In this document: positions 1-8,780 of the stretch, piece after piece
How the letters are laid out: each line of letters opens with the position of its first letter
Position numbering within the stretch: the stretch's first letter is position 1
Virus genome (UHGV): UHGV-0201407
Reading direction: 5' to 3' (one strand)
DNA length: 38,952 nt
DNA from: a virus
Position numbers and translations under genes: made by a program
Notes under the pieces: generated by a model
The model's input: only the letters and a program-made list of their open reading frames with translations
The model's database searches: none
What the model was told of the DNA's origin: nothing

Positions 1-63
1 ATATCGTACAAAGGAATCAAGGAAAGGGCGAAAAGGTCGCCCCCAAAGAAGAAAGGGGAAAAA

Positions 64-303
64 ATGAACAAACAGAGCGTTTTAACATCATTAAGAGCAT
101 GGGGAATTTCTTACAGGCTTTTAAAAAAAGCCGAACGTTCGGAAATGTTCTTTCCGAGAATTGCGCTTTTATGTAAAAGCGAAAAGTTCTCCACCGCGAA
201 CGCGGGAAAAGGCTTTTATTTGACGGGGAATAACTGGCAAGAGGTTTACGACCTCTTCTTGAAGTATTATGTCAGCGAATACGGGACGCATGGAGCGGCA
301 TAA
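64..303 (+). CDS. hypothetical protein
   Basis: 79-aa ORF with AAGGGGAA RBS, first gene after the junction-spanning promoter. Confidence 0.7.
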   Translation: MNKQSVLTSLRAWGISYRLLKKAERSEMFFPRIALLCKSEKFSTANAGKGFYLTGNNWQEVYDLFLKYYVSEYGTHGAA

Positions 304-359
304 CAAACAACAAGGGGCGTGGCGTAACGCCCGCCCCGCAGAAGAGAAAGGGAAAAAAA

Positions 360-599
360 ATGACAAATGCGGAAAAATTAAAAGCGATTCGGCTGATTCT
401 CGGTCTGAACCAGATTGAAATGGCGGAAAAGCTCGGCTGTTCGCAAGCGTGGGTATGGAAAACCGAGAACGGAAAGGTCGAAGCGACGAACGACTACCAG
501 CGCGCCGCCGTCGATTTGTTGCGTGCGAATCAGTCGCGCGTCGTTGAAATAATCACGATGTGCGCCGCTTTGATCGAACCGTCGGGAAAAGTGTCGTGA
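360..599 (+). CDS. XRE-family helix-turn-helix regulator
   Basis: LKAIRLILGLNQIEMAEKLGCSQAWVWKTENG fits an HTH_3 pattern; AAGGGAA RBS. Confidence 0.85.
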   Translation: MTNAEKLKAIRLILGLNQIEMAEKLGCSQAWVWKTENGKVEATNDYQRAAVDLLRANQSRVVEIITMCAALIEPSGKVS

Positions 600-1360
600 A
601 ATACGAAGAAGCGAAAAAGGCTTTCATCAAGACGATTGACTCGATCGCCCGCCGATACACGCCCGAACAGGTCTTCACCGACTTCGTGACCATGGCGGCT
701 ATGAGCATTTCCAACGCCGTTGATTTCAAACAGGAACGGGAAAAGAAGTATAACGACCTGATCGGGAAATACGAACCCGACGAACAGGCGCGGTTCCCCG
801 AACTGCTGGCGATTGCAACAGAGGGATTCGAGTCGAGATTCGGCGATTTTTTGGGCGAATGCTTTGAAGTTATCGGGTTGTCGAACAGCAAGACGGGGCA
901 ATTCTTCACGCCGTACAACGTCGCCCGTGTTTGCGGGCAAATAACCTTTGACAAGGAAGCCGTCGATTCGGCGATTGCGGAAAAGGGCTATGTCGGCATA
1001 AACGAACCAGCGGCGGGCGGCGGCGCGATGATTGTCGCTTTCTTGGAAGCGATGAAAGAAAGCGGGTATAACTTTCAGACGCAATCGCTGACGGTGGCGC
1101 AGGATATTGATTATCGGTGCGCTTATATGTGCTATGTGACGCTTTCGCTTTTGGGCGCGCCCGCTATCGTTTATATAGGCGACACGTTGACGCTTGATAT
1201 ATGGGACGAATTGCACACGCCGTTTTATGTGCTGAATTATCTGAAATTCAAGCGGCATGACAAGGATCCCGTTGCTGACGAACCGCCAGCGGTGGAAAAT
1301 AAAATGAAATCCGTTCCCGTTTTCAAATCGGGGAATGACGGGCAGTTTTCACTTTTTTGA
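596..1360 (+). CDS. N-6 DNA methylase-like protein (HsdM-type N-terminal half, no NPP[YF] motif)
   Basis: GQFFTP and motif I INEPAAGGGAM, QDID, GDTL present; GTG start overlaps the upstream TGA (GTGA). Confidence 0.8.
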   Translation: MKYEEAKKAFIKTIDSIARRYTPEQVFTDFVTMAAMSISNAVDFKQEREKKYNDLIGKYEPDEQARFPELLAIATEGFESRFGDFLGECFEVIGLSNSKTGQFFTPYNVARVCGQITFDKEAVDSAIAEKGYVGINEPAAGGGAMIVAFLEAMKESGYNFQTQSLTVAQDIDYRCAYMCYVTLSLLGAPAIVYIGDTLTLDIWDELHTPFYVLNYLKFKRHDKDPVADEPPAVENKMKSVPVFKSGNDGQFSLF

Positions 1361-1375
1361 AAGGGGAAAGAAAAA

Positions 1376-2290
1376 ATGACGGTGTACGGATATTTGCGAG
1401 TATCGACGGATAAGCAGGACTGCGACAATCAGAAAATCGGCGTTGAAGCTTTGGCAAAGCGGCGCGGGCTTGTCGTTGACAAATGGATTGAAGACGACGG
1501 CGTGTCGGGAACGAAAGAACCTGAAAAACGCGCGCTCGGCGGTGTTCTGAAAAAGCTGAAAAAGGACGACGTGATTCTTTGTTCTGAACTGTCGCGACTC
1601 GGTCGTAAATTGTTTATGATTATGCGTATTCTTGAACACGCAATGACAATCGGGGCGCATATTTTCACGGAAAAAGAAAATTACGAACTGGGCGACAACG
1701 TGCAGAGCAAGGTACTGGCGTTCGCTTTCGGATTGGTCGCCGAACTGGAACGGGAAATGATCAGCAAGCGCACCAAAGAAGCCCTCGCCGCAAAAAAGGC
1801 AAGAGGGGAAAAACTCGGCAGAGCTTTGGGCGCAAAAAACAAAATTCACAAATACGATGGTTTCTCTTTGGAGAAGTTCGAAAGAGATTATCAAAAAACT
1901 TATTCCCTTAAATACTGCTTGGGGAAACAAAACCTGTCTACTTCGTATTTTTACGGCGGAGGTTTCAACGAAACATTAAGAGCCAAAATAAAGGAGATGA
2001 TCGAGAAACACAATAAAGATAAACCTATCGGTATTTACTGTGTAAATACTAAACATTTTCAGAAAAATGTTCTTAAAGCGTTTGGAACAACAGAAATAAA
2101 ACCGATTGTCCGGCTCTCCGATTTTAAGGTTTATAAATCGATTCGTTCTCTTTGGTATGATAACTTTTCAAAAGAACTGAACCCGACTATTTATAATCTA
2201 AAAAAACTGGCGGAAAGCATAGAGAGCGGGGACGAGTTCCACGGAAAGTTTTTTGAAAACAAAGACTTTTATGACGGGAAAACAGACTGA
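1376..2290 (+). CDS. small serine recombinase (resolvase/invertase, Mpi-like) with AT-rich C-terminal extension
   Basis: YGYLRVSTDKQ catalytic Ser motif, SELSRLGR, SKVLAFAFGLVAELEREMISKRTKEALA..KLGR. Confidence 0.92.
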   Translation: MTVYGYLRVSTDKQDCDNQKIGVEALAKRRGLVVDKWIEDDGVSGTKEPEKRALGGVLKKLKKDDVILCSELSRLGRKLFMIMRILEHAMTIGAHIFTEKENYELGDNVQSKVLAFAFGLVAELEREMISKRTKEALAAKKARGEKLGRALGAKNKIHKYDGFSLEKFERDYQKTYSLKYCLGKQNLSTSYFYGGGFNETLRAKIKEMIEKHNKDKPIGIYCVNTKHFQKNVLKAFGTTEIKPIVRLSDFKVYKSIRSLWYDNFSKELNPTIYNLKKLAESIESGDEFHGKFFENKDFYDGKTD

Positions 2291-2303
2291 AAGGAAAGAA
2301 AAA

Positions 2304-2777
2304 ATGACTAAAAAATTGAAACCTTGTCCTATTTGTGGAGAAACTGCATACTGGTTTTTTCTCAAAAGGAGTACAAAAATCAAATGTACTGTTTGCGGAA
2401 AATCTCTTATTAAAAGAGGGATCGGCGAAGAGTGCCAAAATGAATTGGCTGATCTTTGGAACGGAATGAAAGAAGATCCCAACAAGCAAAGAATCTTAAA
2501 TCTTGTTTTGACAGATCATTGGTTCGACGAAATCAAAAGCGGACGCAAAACACACGAATACCGGAAATGCTCTGATTTTTGGTATAAGCGGTTAGGATTA
2601 TACACACAACCCCACAATCACAGATTGATTGTACGCTTTTTGAAAGCGTACAGAAAAAATCCGGAGCGCATGTCGTTTTACGTTAAAAGCGTAACGATTA
2701 TTGACGGACGCGATTCCGACCTGCATATCGATGACTATGTTTTTGATATCGAACTGGGCGAAAAATTAACTCAATAA
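2304..2777 (+). CDS. Lar-like Zn-ribbon fused to ASCH domain
   Basis: N-term KLKPCPICG..IKCTVCG..WN (Lar restriction-alleviation-like); C-term ILNLVLTDHWFDEIKSGRKTHEYR (ASCH GxKxxExR). Confidence 0.75.
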   Translation: MTKKLKPCPICGETAYWFFLKRSTKIKCTVCGKSLIKRGIGEECQNELADLWNGMKEDPNKQRILNLVLTDHWFDEIKSGRKTHEYRKCSDFWYKRLGLYTQPHNHRLIVRFLKAYRKNPERMSFYVKSVTIIDGRDSDLHIDDYVFDIELGEKLTQ

Positions 2778-2787
2778 AGAAAAGCAA

Positions 2788-3012
2788 ATGTTGAAGTGGA
2801 AAAAAATCAAAACGGAAAAACTGACGTACTGGACGGCGGGCGTTTTTCGCATAAGCAAAATCGGGGCGCGTTCGTATGCGCTTGTAAGCGTTGAACCGAT
2901 TAAAATGTCAAAGGGCTATTCCTTTTTGGCATATCTGGATTTCACGCTTGCGGGCGCAAAAGACGAAGCGCAAATTCACGCTGACAATCAAGATGAAAAA
3001 AGCGATCATTGA
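2788..3012 (+). CDS. hypothetical protein
   Basis: 74-aa ORF in operon context. Confidence 0.65.
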   Translation: MLKWKKIKTEKLTYWTAGVFRISKIGARSYALVSVEPIKMSKGYSFLAYLDFTLAGAKDEAQIHADNQDEKSDH

Positions 3013-3053
3013 CGTTGAAACACTGGAAATATTGATTGATTGGAGAAAATGAA

Positions 3054-3638
3054 ATGCTCAAAAAAGAACAGATAGCCGCTATCAAGGCGGTAGGCAAGGC
3101 GTGCGATACGACCAAATACCAGTATCCGCTTTGCAAATATGTTTTCAGCGACGGCGCGAAAATTTACGGAACGAACGCGCATATTCTTTTTATGGAACAA
3201 AACGTCAGCGCGCCGAAAGGGGCTTACCTTCCTAAATCGGCGGAAATGATAGACCCAAAAATTTTATTCCTTGGTGAAGATTTGGACAATTTCTTAAAAA
3301 GACTCCATGAGTGCGAAGCGCGCGACCTTTACTCTTACTCTGACAATGGTCATCACGTTTATTTTCGGGCGAAATACGCCTTTGACGCGGAATCCAAAAA
3401 GGAACTTTATCAAATCACCTTTGCCCACGAGGGGCATTTTCAAAGAGAAGCTCTTTTCTTAAAGAGATTGATCAAACAGGCGATTTCCTTTGTTGGAAAA
3501 GGATTTTCGCTCTATCAAAGCGAACTTGAAGAAACGTGCTTTTTTGAAAGCAAAGACAAAAAACGTATAGCCATTGTTATGGGTTGGTTTAAAACCGCCG
3601 CTATTAAGCTTTTGAACGACGTTGACCTGAAAGGGTAA
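3054..3638 (+). CDS. hypothetical protein (weak resemblance to beta-clamp ATDGHRL region)
   Basis: ORF with upstream GGAG; motif VFSDGAKIYGTNAHILF. Confidence 0.65.
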   Translation: MLKKEQIAAIKAVGKACDTTKYQYPLCKYVFSDGAKIYGTNAHILFMEQNVSAPKGAYLPKSAEMIDPKILFLGEDLDNFLKRLHECEARDLYSYSDNGHHVYFRAKYAFDAESKKELYQITFAHEGHFQREALFLKRLIKQAISFVGKGFSLYQSELEETCFFESKDKKRIAIVMGWFKTAAIKLLNDVDLKG

Positions 3639-3642
3639 TAAA

Positions 3643-3780
3643 ATGGAAAATCTTAAATATTTGGCATACGCCGTGCCGTCCTGCATGGCACTTGTCGGAA
3701 CGAAAGACGCGATTGAAGTGTCGTTCGTGACAACAATTATGTTAACCGCCGCCTTTTTCATCTGGGAGAAAATGAAATGA
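3643..3780 (+). CDS. small membrane protein (45 aa, not in ORF track)
   Basis: MENLKYLAYAVPSCMALVGTKDAIEVSFVTTIMLTAAFFIWEKMK*; AAGGG RBS; ATGA overlap with the next gene. Confidence 0.6.
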   Translation: MENLKYLAYAVPSCMALVGTKDAIEVSFVTTIMLTAAFFIWEKMK

Positions 3781-4076
3781 CGATTTGCAGGAAAATCAAA
3801 GACAGGTGCGCCGAATTGGGAATCACCTATTCCGCCTTTTACCAGCGGATAACCGTGTACGGTTGGGATTACGAAAAAGCCCTGACGACGCCGAAAGGAC
3901 GCGACGGGAGAAAACCGAAAGAATTTTACAACGGCGAACCCCTCGCCGACGTTCTGAAACGAATCGGCATGAATTACACAACGTACTGGAATCGCGTTCA
4001 CCTTTACAAGTGGACGCCGAAACGGGCGATTGAAACGCCCGTTAATAAGAAATGCCATAAGAAAGGAAAAAAATGA
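3777..4076 (+). CDS. tandem HTH-repeat DNA-binding protein
   Basis: Two internal repeats GI.Y..F/Y.R...Y.W....A..TP typical of HNH-associated phage HTH repeats. Confidence 0.7.
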   Translation: MTICRKIKDRCAELGITYSAFYQRITVYGWDYEKALTTPKGRDGRKPKEFYNGEPLADVLKRIGMNYTTYWNRVHLYKWTPKRAIETPVNKKCHKKGKK

Positions 4077-4306
4077 AAAATTTTCTTGTTTCTCTCGTCG
4101 TTCTTTTTATTATCGGCGTATCCCTTTCGGTTGGAATTGTTCTGTCCGCATTTGGCGCGGTGATTGCCGGAGTGTTTTATTTTGTCGAAATTATCGCGAC
4201 GGTGATAATGACGGTGATAATGACGCTTATCGTCATTATTGGCGGGATTTTTGCGGTTTTGTTTTCGCCGAACGAAGAAAAAAAGGAAAAAGACAATGCA
4301 GGATAG
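4073..4306 (+). CDS. small membrane protein
   Basis: Long hydrophobic stretches, AAGGA RBS, overlaps neighbours. Confidence 0.65.
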   Translation: MKNFLVSLVVLFIIGVSLSVGIVLSAFGAVIAGVFYFVEIIATVIMTVIMTLIVIIGGIFAVLFSPNEEKKEKDNAG

Positions 4307-4667
4307 ATTTCGGTTTCGTGTATGGGATAAAGTAAGAAAAGTATACGATTGTTCGCCTTATGGCGAAAACGCTTTGACTGAAAACGGGGACCTCTTCTGG
4401 AAAGAGGGAGCTTCTGATTGTAGCGAAGTGAACGAAGAATACTTTACCGTCGAGCAGTGCACTGGCTTAAAGGACAAAAACGGAAATCTGATTTACGAGG
4501 GCGACCTTGTCGAATTGGGCGGATACGGTGTTTGTCAAGTGATTTGGTCGGACGATACCGCCGAATTTATGTTCAAGAATCTGAACGAGGATTTGAGCAA
4601 ACACGTTGACATGATGCTTATGTACGATTGGGAAGTCGTCGGCAACATTCACGAAAATAAGGATTGA
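4296..4667 (+). CDS. YopX family protein
   Basis: RFRFRVWDK..EQCTGLKDKNGNLIYEGDLV..EVVGNIHEN signature. Confidence 0.9.
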   Translation: MQDRFRFRVWDKVRKVYDCSPYGENALTENGDLFWKEGASDCSEVNEEYFTVEQCTGLKDKNGNLIYEGDLVELGGYGVCQVIWSDDTAEFMFKNLNEDLSKHVDMMLMYDWEVVGNIHENKD

Positions 4668-4726
4668 CGACACGGCTTTGAAAAAGCTATTCTGAAATTC
4701 CTCTGGATAAGAAGATTGACGATGAG

Positions 4727-4761
4727 AAAAGGGGGCGGGTAAAATCCGCCCCCTTTTTTTT
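4727..4761. terminator. bidirectional intrinsic terminator
   Basis: AAAAGGGGGCGG-gtaaaat-CCGCCCCCTTTTTTTT between convergent genes. Confidence 0.85.
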
Positions 4762-4774
4762 GTTTTAATCTCGG

Positions 4775-5083
4775 TTATTGTTTCGTGACCTTTTCGAATT
4801 TTTCCAAAGCCGCCGCCGCTTTCGGATTGCGCCGTTTAAACAAAGCGATAAACGGGGCGAAGTCAAAAGCCGTCCCCTCGATTACGGCGTAGAACCGTTC
4901 AGCGAATCGATCGTCTTTTTCGGTCTTTGTTTTTTTTACCGCCCAAAAAACAACCGGCTTAATGATCGTGGCGATCAGAACGACGCCGCCGATCACAGAC
5001 AAAATCAAGGCGACGGTCGGATATTGATCCGCCAGCCCCAACAGATAAACGATCACTGCGTTTAAAATATCCTGCATTTTCAT
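4775..5083 (-). CDS. putative holin
   Basis: 102 aa, N-terminal hydrophobic helices, KTKTEKDD motif, directly after the endolysin. Confidence 0.6.
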   Translation of the reverse strand: MKMQDILNAVIVYLLGLADQYPTVALILSVIGGVVLIATIIKPVVFWAVKKTKTEKDDRFAERFYAVIEGTAFDFAPFIALFKRRNPKAAAALEKFEKVTKQ

Positions 5084-5448
5084 TTTTCCTTACTGTAATA
5101 ATCCCAGATGACGCCCCTGCTTTTCGTCAGGTCGTCGTCAACGTGGATAAAGTTGCGCCCTATTCCAATCCTCTGGAAACCGACTTCCAGCAACGCCGAC
5201 AAAATCTTGAAACGACTCCAAGCGTCCGTGCATTTGATATCCACGGCGCACCCCGCCAAGTGTGAAGACGTAACCGATCCGCCGACTTCCTGATTGTGCT
5301 TTTCGCATCGGAAAGCGGAAGTCAGAATAAACGGAATCCCCGCAAGTTCCCGCGCTTCGTTTAATTTGTCCCGAAAGTCGGGGACAAGACCGCCGCACCC
5401 GCAACAACGGCAGGATTCCTCTTTTCGTGAAAAATAGTTTTTCGTCAT
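5080..5448 (-). CDS. endolysin, peptidase M15 family
   Basis: YFSRKE..CRCCG, SAFRCEKHNQEVGG, SSHLAGCAVDI, FIHVD Zn-peptidase motifs. Confidence 0.9.
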   Translation of the reverse strand: MTKNYFSRKEESCRCCGCGGLVPDFRDKLNEARELAGIPFILTSAFRCEKHNQEVGGSVTSSHLAGCAVDIKCTDAWSRFKILSALLEVGFQRIGIGRNFIHVDDDLTKSRGVIWDYYSKEK

Positions 5449-5969
5449 AAGCACCACCATAACAACAAGAACACGCAACCGCCCGCCAACAGTTCGCCGA
5501 TGCGGGTATCCTGTTTAAATCCCGCGGGGACGTAACACAAAGCGACGACAACGCCCGCCAGCATAAACCAAGCGTTCGGGATAAACAGAGCAACGCCGAT
5601 TGACGTAAGCGTATATCTGATACACATACCAAGCGCGTTTCCCCAGAACGTACGGGAATTGTCAACACCCACCAACGCCCAAAGGATTTTGTCAATTACA
5701 GGTTTGCGCCCCTCCGCCGAATCGGACTTGTCCCAGTAACAAAACCACGCCCCATGCGAAATGCTGAAAAATATCATAAAGCACGCGATGACGGTGTACA
5801 TTCGCCAATTCGACCAGTCGAGAATCCCCTTTACGGCATTCATTGAGAGGACGATAGCAATCAACATAAGGTACTTCCAAAAACGGGACATATCACCGAG
5901 TTTTCCGAATCCCCCGCCGTAGAGCCTCCGCCAAAGCGCGCCCGTGACAAAAATCAAAGCTTCCGTCAT
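5445..5969 (-). CDS. multi-pass membrane protein
   Basis: MTEALIFVTG... several hydrophobic segments; ATGA overlap with the upstream gene, ATGA overlap with the endolysin. Confidence 0.7.
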   Translation of the reverse strand: MTEALIFVTGALWRRLYGGGFGKLGDMSRFWKYLMLIAIVLSMNAVKGILDWSNWRMYTVIACFMIFFSISHGAWFCYWDKSDSAEGRKPVIDKILWALVGVDNSRTFWGNALGMCIRYTLTSIGVALFIPNAWFMLAGVVVALCYVPAGFKQDTRIGELLAGGCVFLLLWWCL

Positions 5970-6217
5970 TTCTTTTTTTCCTCGATTAAAATACGGTAGA
6001 TGTCCTTCACGTCGTTTTTCGTTTCCGTCGTCTGGTGCAAAACGGTGTCGAGTTTTACCTCTATCATTGATACTTTGCCCTCTGTAATGGCGGCGCGTCG
6101 TTCCAGTTCCGTAACGCGCGGAGAAAGCTGGATCAATGTTTGAACGAAGCAGGACACGGTGAAAATCGTCATTATCACCCAGCCCCAAGCCTTTATTTTT
6201 TCAATCAAACTTTCCAT
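5966..6217 (-). CDS. small TM plus coiled-coil protein (holin/XhlA-like, lysis region)
   Basis: One N-terminal TM helix then heptad-rich tail; GGGG RBS. Confidence 0.6.
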   Translation of the reverse strand: MESLIEKIKAWGWVIMTIFTVSCFVQTLIQLSPRVTELERRAAITEGKVSMIEVKLDTVLHQTTETKNDVKDIYRILIEEKKK

Positions 6218-6218
6218 A

Positions 6219-6518
6219 TCACGCCCCCGTCGTTTCAACGAAAACGCAAACGGGCGCGTCCGACGCTTTCAAATAAACGTGGTCGCCCGTATCGGCGGCG
6301 ACAGGAATATCGGAAAAAGCGGGATATTCCGCCCCTCTGATAGAATCGTCGGGCGTCGGTGTTTTCCCCTCTGGGTCGGGCGTCTGTTTCATATACTGCA
6401 AGCAACCGTTGCCTATGCGGTTGACGTGAATATTATAGGCATGCGCCGTTTCGTAATCGTTACCCATTATATCCGTCAGAGGTTGCCAAGCTTTCGTTTT
6501 TATTATGTAATTCGGCAT
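6219..6518 (-). CDS. hypothetical protein
   Basis: 99-aa ORF with GAAGGA RBS. Confidence 0.7.
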   Translation of the reverse strand: MPNYIIKTKAWQPLTDIMGNDYETAHAYNIHVNRIGNGCLQYMKQTPDPEGKTPTPDDSIRGAEYPAFSDIPVAADTGDHVYLKASDAPVCVFVETTGA

Positions 6519-6577
6519 AACGAATCCTTCGTCTGAAAATGCGCCCTGTTCTTTTCAGAATATCACGGGAAGAAGAT

Positions 6578-6606
6578 AAAAAAAAGCCCGCAAAATCAGC
6601 GGGCTT
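6578..6606 (-). terminator. intrinsic terminator after tail fibre assembly gene
   Basis: Minus strand AAGCCCGC-tgatttt-GCGGGCTTTTTTTT. Confidence 0.8.
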
Positions 6607-6610
6607 CTTC

Positions 6611-6970
6611 TCATTTCGCTTTATTCCATTCGTCGAACGTCAAAATCGTTTCGTTCCACCAGTTTTCCGCCACCGTGAAGTCCCTCAAATACTGCATATA
6701 AATCAATAAAGCCTTGTACGTTTCTGCGTTGTCGAAAGTGTCGATTCCCGCTTCAATTTGATTGCGGTAGCGGTCGATTCTATCCAGCGTCACGGACATT
6801 TTAGCGTCACGCTCGGCGCGTTTTACGGATTGCAACGATTCAATGCTCGGTTCAGGCGGATTGACTGCTTCCAAATAATCGCCAAAATCTTCAATGACTA
6901 TGCCATTCTCATTGCAATAAATTGCGAGATTGGCATACTGAATGCCTGTATAGGGTTTGTTTAGTCTCAT
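6611..6970 (-). CDS. tail fibre assembly/chaperone protein
   Basis: Follows the fibre; KRAERD..Y.QYLRD pattern typical of fibre assembly proteins. Confidence 0.75.
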   Translation of the reverse strand: MRLNKPYTGIQYANLAIYCNENGIVIEDFGDYLEAVNPPEPSIESLQSVKRAERDAKMSVTLDRIDRYRNQIEAGIDTFDNAETYKALLIYMQYLRDFTVAENWWNETILTFDEWNKAK

Positions 6971-6982
6971 TGTTTAATCTCC

Positions 6983-8779
6983 TTAATAACCGAAAACCGA
7001 CCAATATGCACTGGGTAATGTATCATAAGATACAAGCTTAAAGCTACTTGTTGTTTTACTTGACATTAATATAGAGGGTGTATTTGATGTGAAGGAAGTA
7101 AAGACTGTCGACATATTTATTGTATAGTTGATATCTGTGAAGGGCACTAGTAAATTTACAGTCTGTGTTAATCCAGATGAAAAATTTAAAGCTCCCCCCT
7201 GTTCGATAAAGCCGTCTGACCATATCCTGTACCAGCTTGTTCCGACGTGAAACGTTTCTTGAATAATCGGCTGCATCGGGGCGTTTAGAGTCGACTGGAA
7301 ACAGTCAACGCCCGTTATAAATTTATTACCGTTGTTTGTAGCATAGACTATCCCCATAGGACAAAAATCTAGGGGAGTAGATCCTGCTTCGCCGTTTTGT
7401 ACCAGAGAGTTTGTTTGTAAGTTAAATGCTTGTGCGCCTGTTGAAAAGCCATAGTTTGTGAACCCAATGATCATTTCAAGGTCTGTCATACGATAGACTC
7501 TGTTTGAAACCGCCCCTGTTCTTGACAATTTAACCCCGAAATAGTTTCGATCTGCTGCGTAAATACTACTAGCAGCATAACCACCTGTTTCAAAAAGCGT
7601 CGGGACTTTCTTAACTTCCCTATTGAAAGAGGAAGTACCAAAAACACCCGTTATTTCTCCGAAAGGCAAGCAGATAAGAGTTGTGTCCATAAATGAAACA
7701 GAATAGCATAAGTGGCATTCTGTTACACTGATATTCCCCAGATTGTCCTTTTTTGTGCCAAAAGACGCCAAGGGAAATGAAGCGTAACAATCCGTCCAAG
7801 TTTCGCCTTTATCCACAGACTTTTTCATCAGGTTATTAGTAGCGTCGTACCAGTAAATCAGATCGCCGTAAAAACTGTTTTTTCTCGGTGTGTTTTCAGC
7901 ATATACCAATGCACCTATTTCACCAAAGTCTAAGCTGACTAACTGTCCGCCATCTTTCAGCAAAACAAATTTTGCCGCTTCGGTTACTGGCTCGCCATAG
8001 TAATTGTTAGTTGACCACCTGATTTTTGCAAAGCTCAAACCATTTTCATCAGTCGTTATATCCTTGATCGTTCCCGTGTTTTCGCCATAGGTAAAAGTCG
8101 AACCAACTACCAGCGTTGAGTTTTTGCCAATAGGGTAGATAGCTTCGCTGTTGTCAAACAAATTCGGCTTGTATTGGTTATAGTTCTCAACGCTCAAAGT
8201 CATTGAGTAATTGACAGGGAATTTTGAGACATGACTGGTGAAGTTTGTACTACTGACATCAAAATTTGATGTATAATCCTTAATCGCCTTCGAAGAAGGA
8301 TATTTATCCGCGGCGTCAGATATCGTTTGTTCCATATTGGAAATCAGCTGGATATTTGTCGGGTCAAACGCCAGTGTCCAGTTGTCCGTATCCTGCGGCG
8401 GCGGATTTGTCCCATTCACACCCGTTTTGTTTATGTACAATTTCGGCAGTTCGTCGCCCGTCTGATACATAACGATGCTTTGCAACGCCTTTACGGGCGC
8501 ACCCGCTTGCCAGAACGTCACACCGTCCCGCCATTGATTCCAAAGCATTTCCGCAAAGACGCGCTGGACGCCGTTCATTTCCTCTAAGCGCGGCAACAGC
8601 AAGCCGTTGTCCACGGCGTTTCCCCAGCCTGCTTTCCAAGCGGGCAGGGACTGGATCAGGTCGGGATCGGTCGTCTTCACGCCATCGCCAATATTTCCGC
8701 CTGTCGACTGAAAAGAGCCAAACTGCCCCACGTCGTTCGTTTCGCTTGCGAATTTTTTAAGCAAAAATCTGTCAGCCAT
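6983..8779 (-). CDS. tail fibre / receptor-binding protein
   Basis: Position after DUF2612; N-term GQFGS..IQSLPAW.AGW..PRLEEMNG; C-term gp53-like WYRIWSDGFIEQGG. Confidence 0.85.
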   Translation of the reverse strand: MADRFLLKKFASETNDVGQFGSFQSTGGNIGDGVKTTDPDLIQSLPAWKAGWGNAVDNGLLLPRLEEMNGVQRVFAEMLWNQWRDGVTFWQAGAPVKALQSIVMYQTGDELPKLYINKTGVNGTNPPPQDTDNWTLAFDPTNIQLISNMEQTISDAADKYPSSKAIKDYTSNFDVSSTNFTSHVSKFPVNYSMTLSVENYNQYKPNLFDNSEAIYPIGKNSTLVVGSTFTYGENTGTIKDITTDENGLSFAKIRWSTNNYYGEPVTEAAKFVLLKDGGQLVSLDFGEIGALVYAENTPRKNSFYGDLIYWYDATNNLMKKSVDKGETWTDCYASFPLASFGTKKDNLGNISVTECHLCYSVSFMDTTLICLPFGEITGVFGTSSFNREVKKVPTLFETGGYAASSIYAADRNYFGVKLSRTGAVSNRVYRMTDLEMIIGFTNYGFSTGAQAFNLQTNSLVQNGEAGSTPLDFCPMGIVYATNNGNKFITGVDCFQSTLNAPMQPIIQETFHVGTSWYRIWSDGFIEQGGALNFSSGLTQTVNLLVPFTDINYTINMSTVFTSFTSNTPSILMSSKTTSSFKLVSYDTLPSAYWSVFGY

Positions 8780-8780
8780 T

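Noticed and set aside
4198..4225. 12-bp tandem duplication GACGGTGATAAT
   Set aside because: Short in-frame duplication in a hydrophobic ORF; no further significance evident
6983..8779. Invertible tail-fibre cassette (Gin/Cin-type) or DGR target
   Set aside because: No second inverted fibre C-terminus, no flanking inverted repeats noticed, no reverse transcriptase or TR/VR pair
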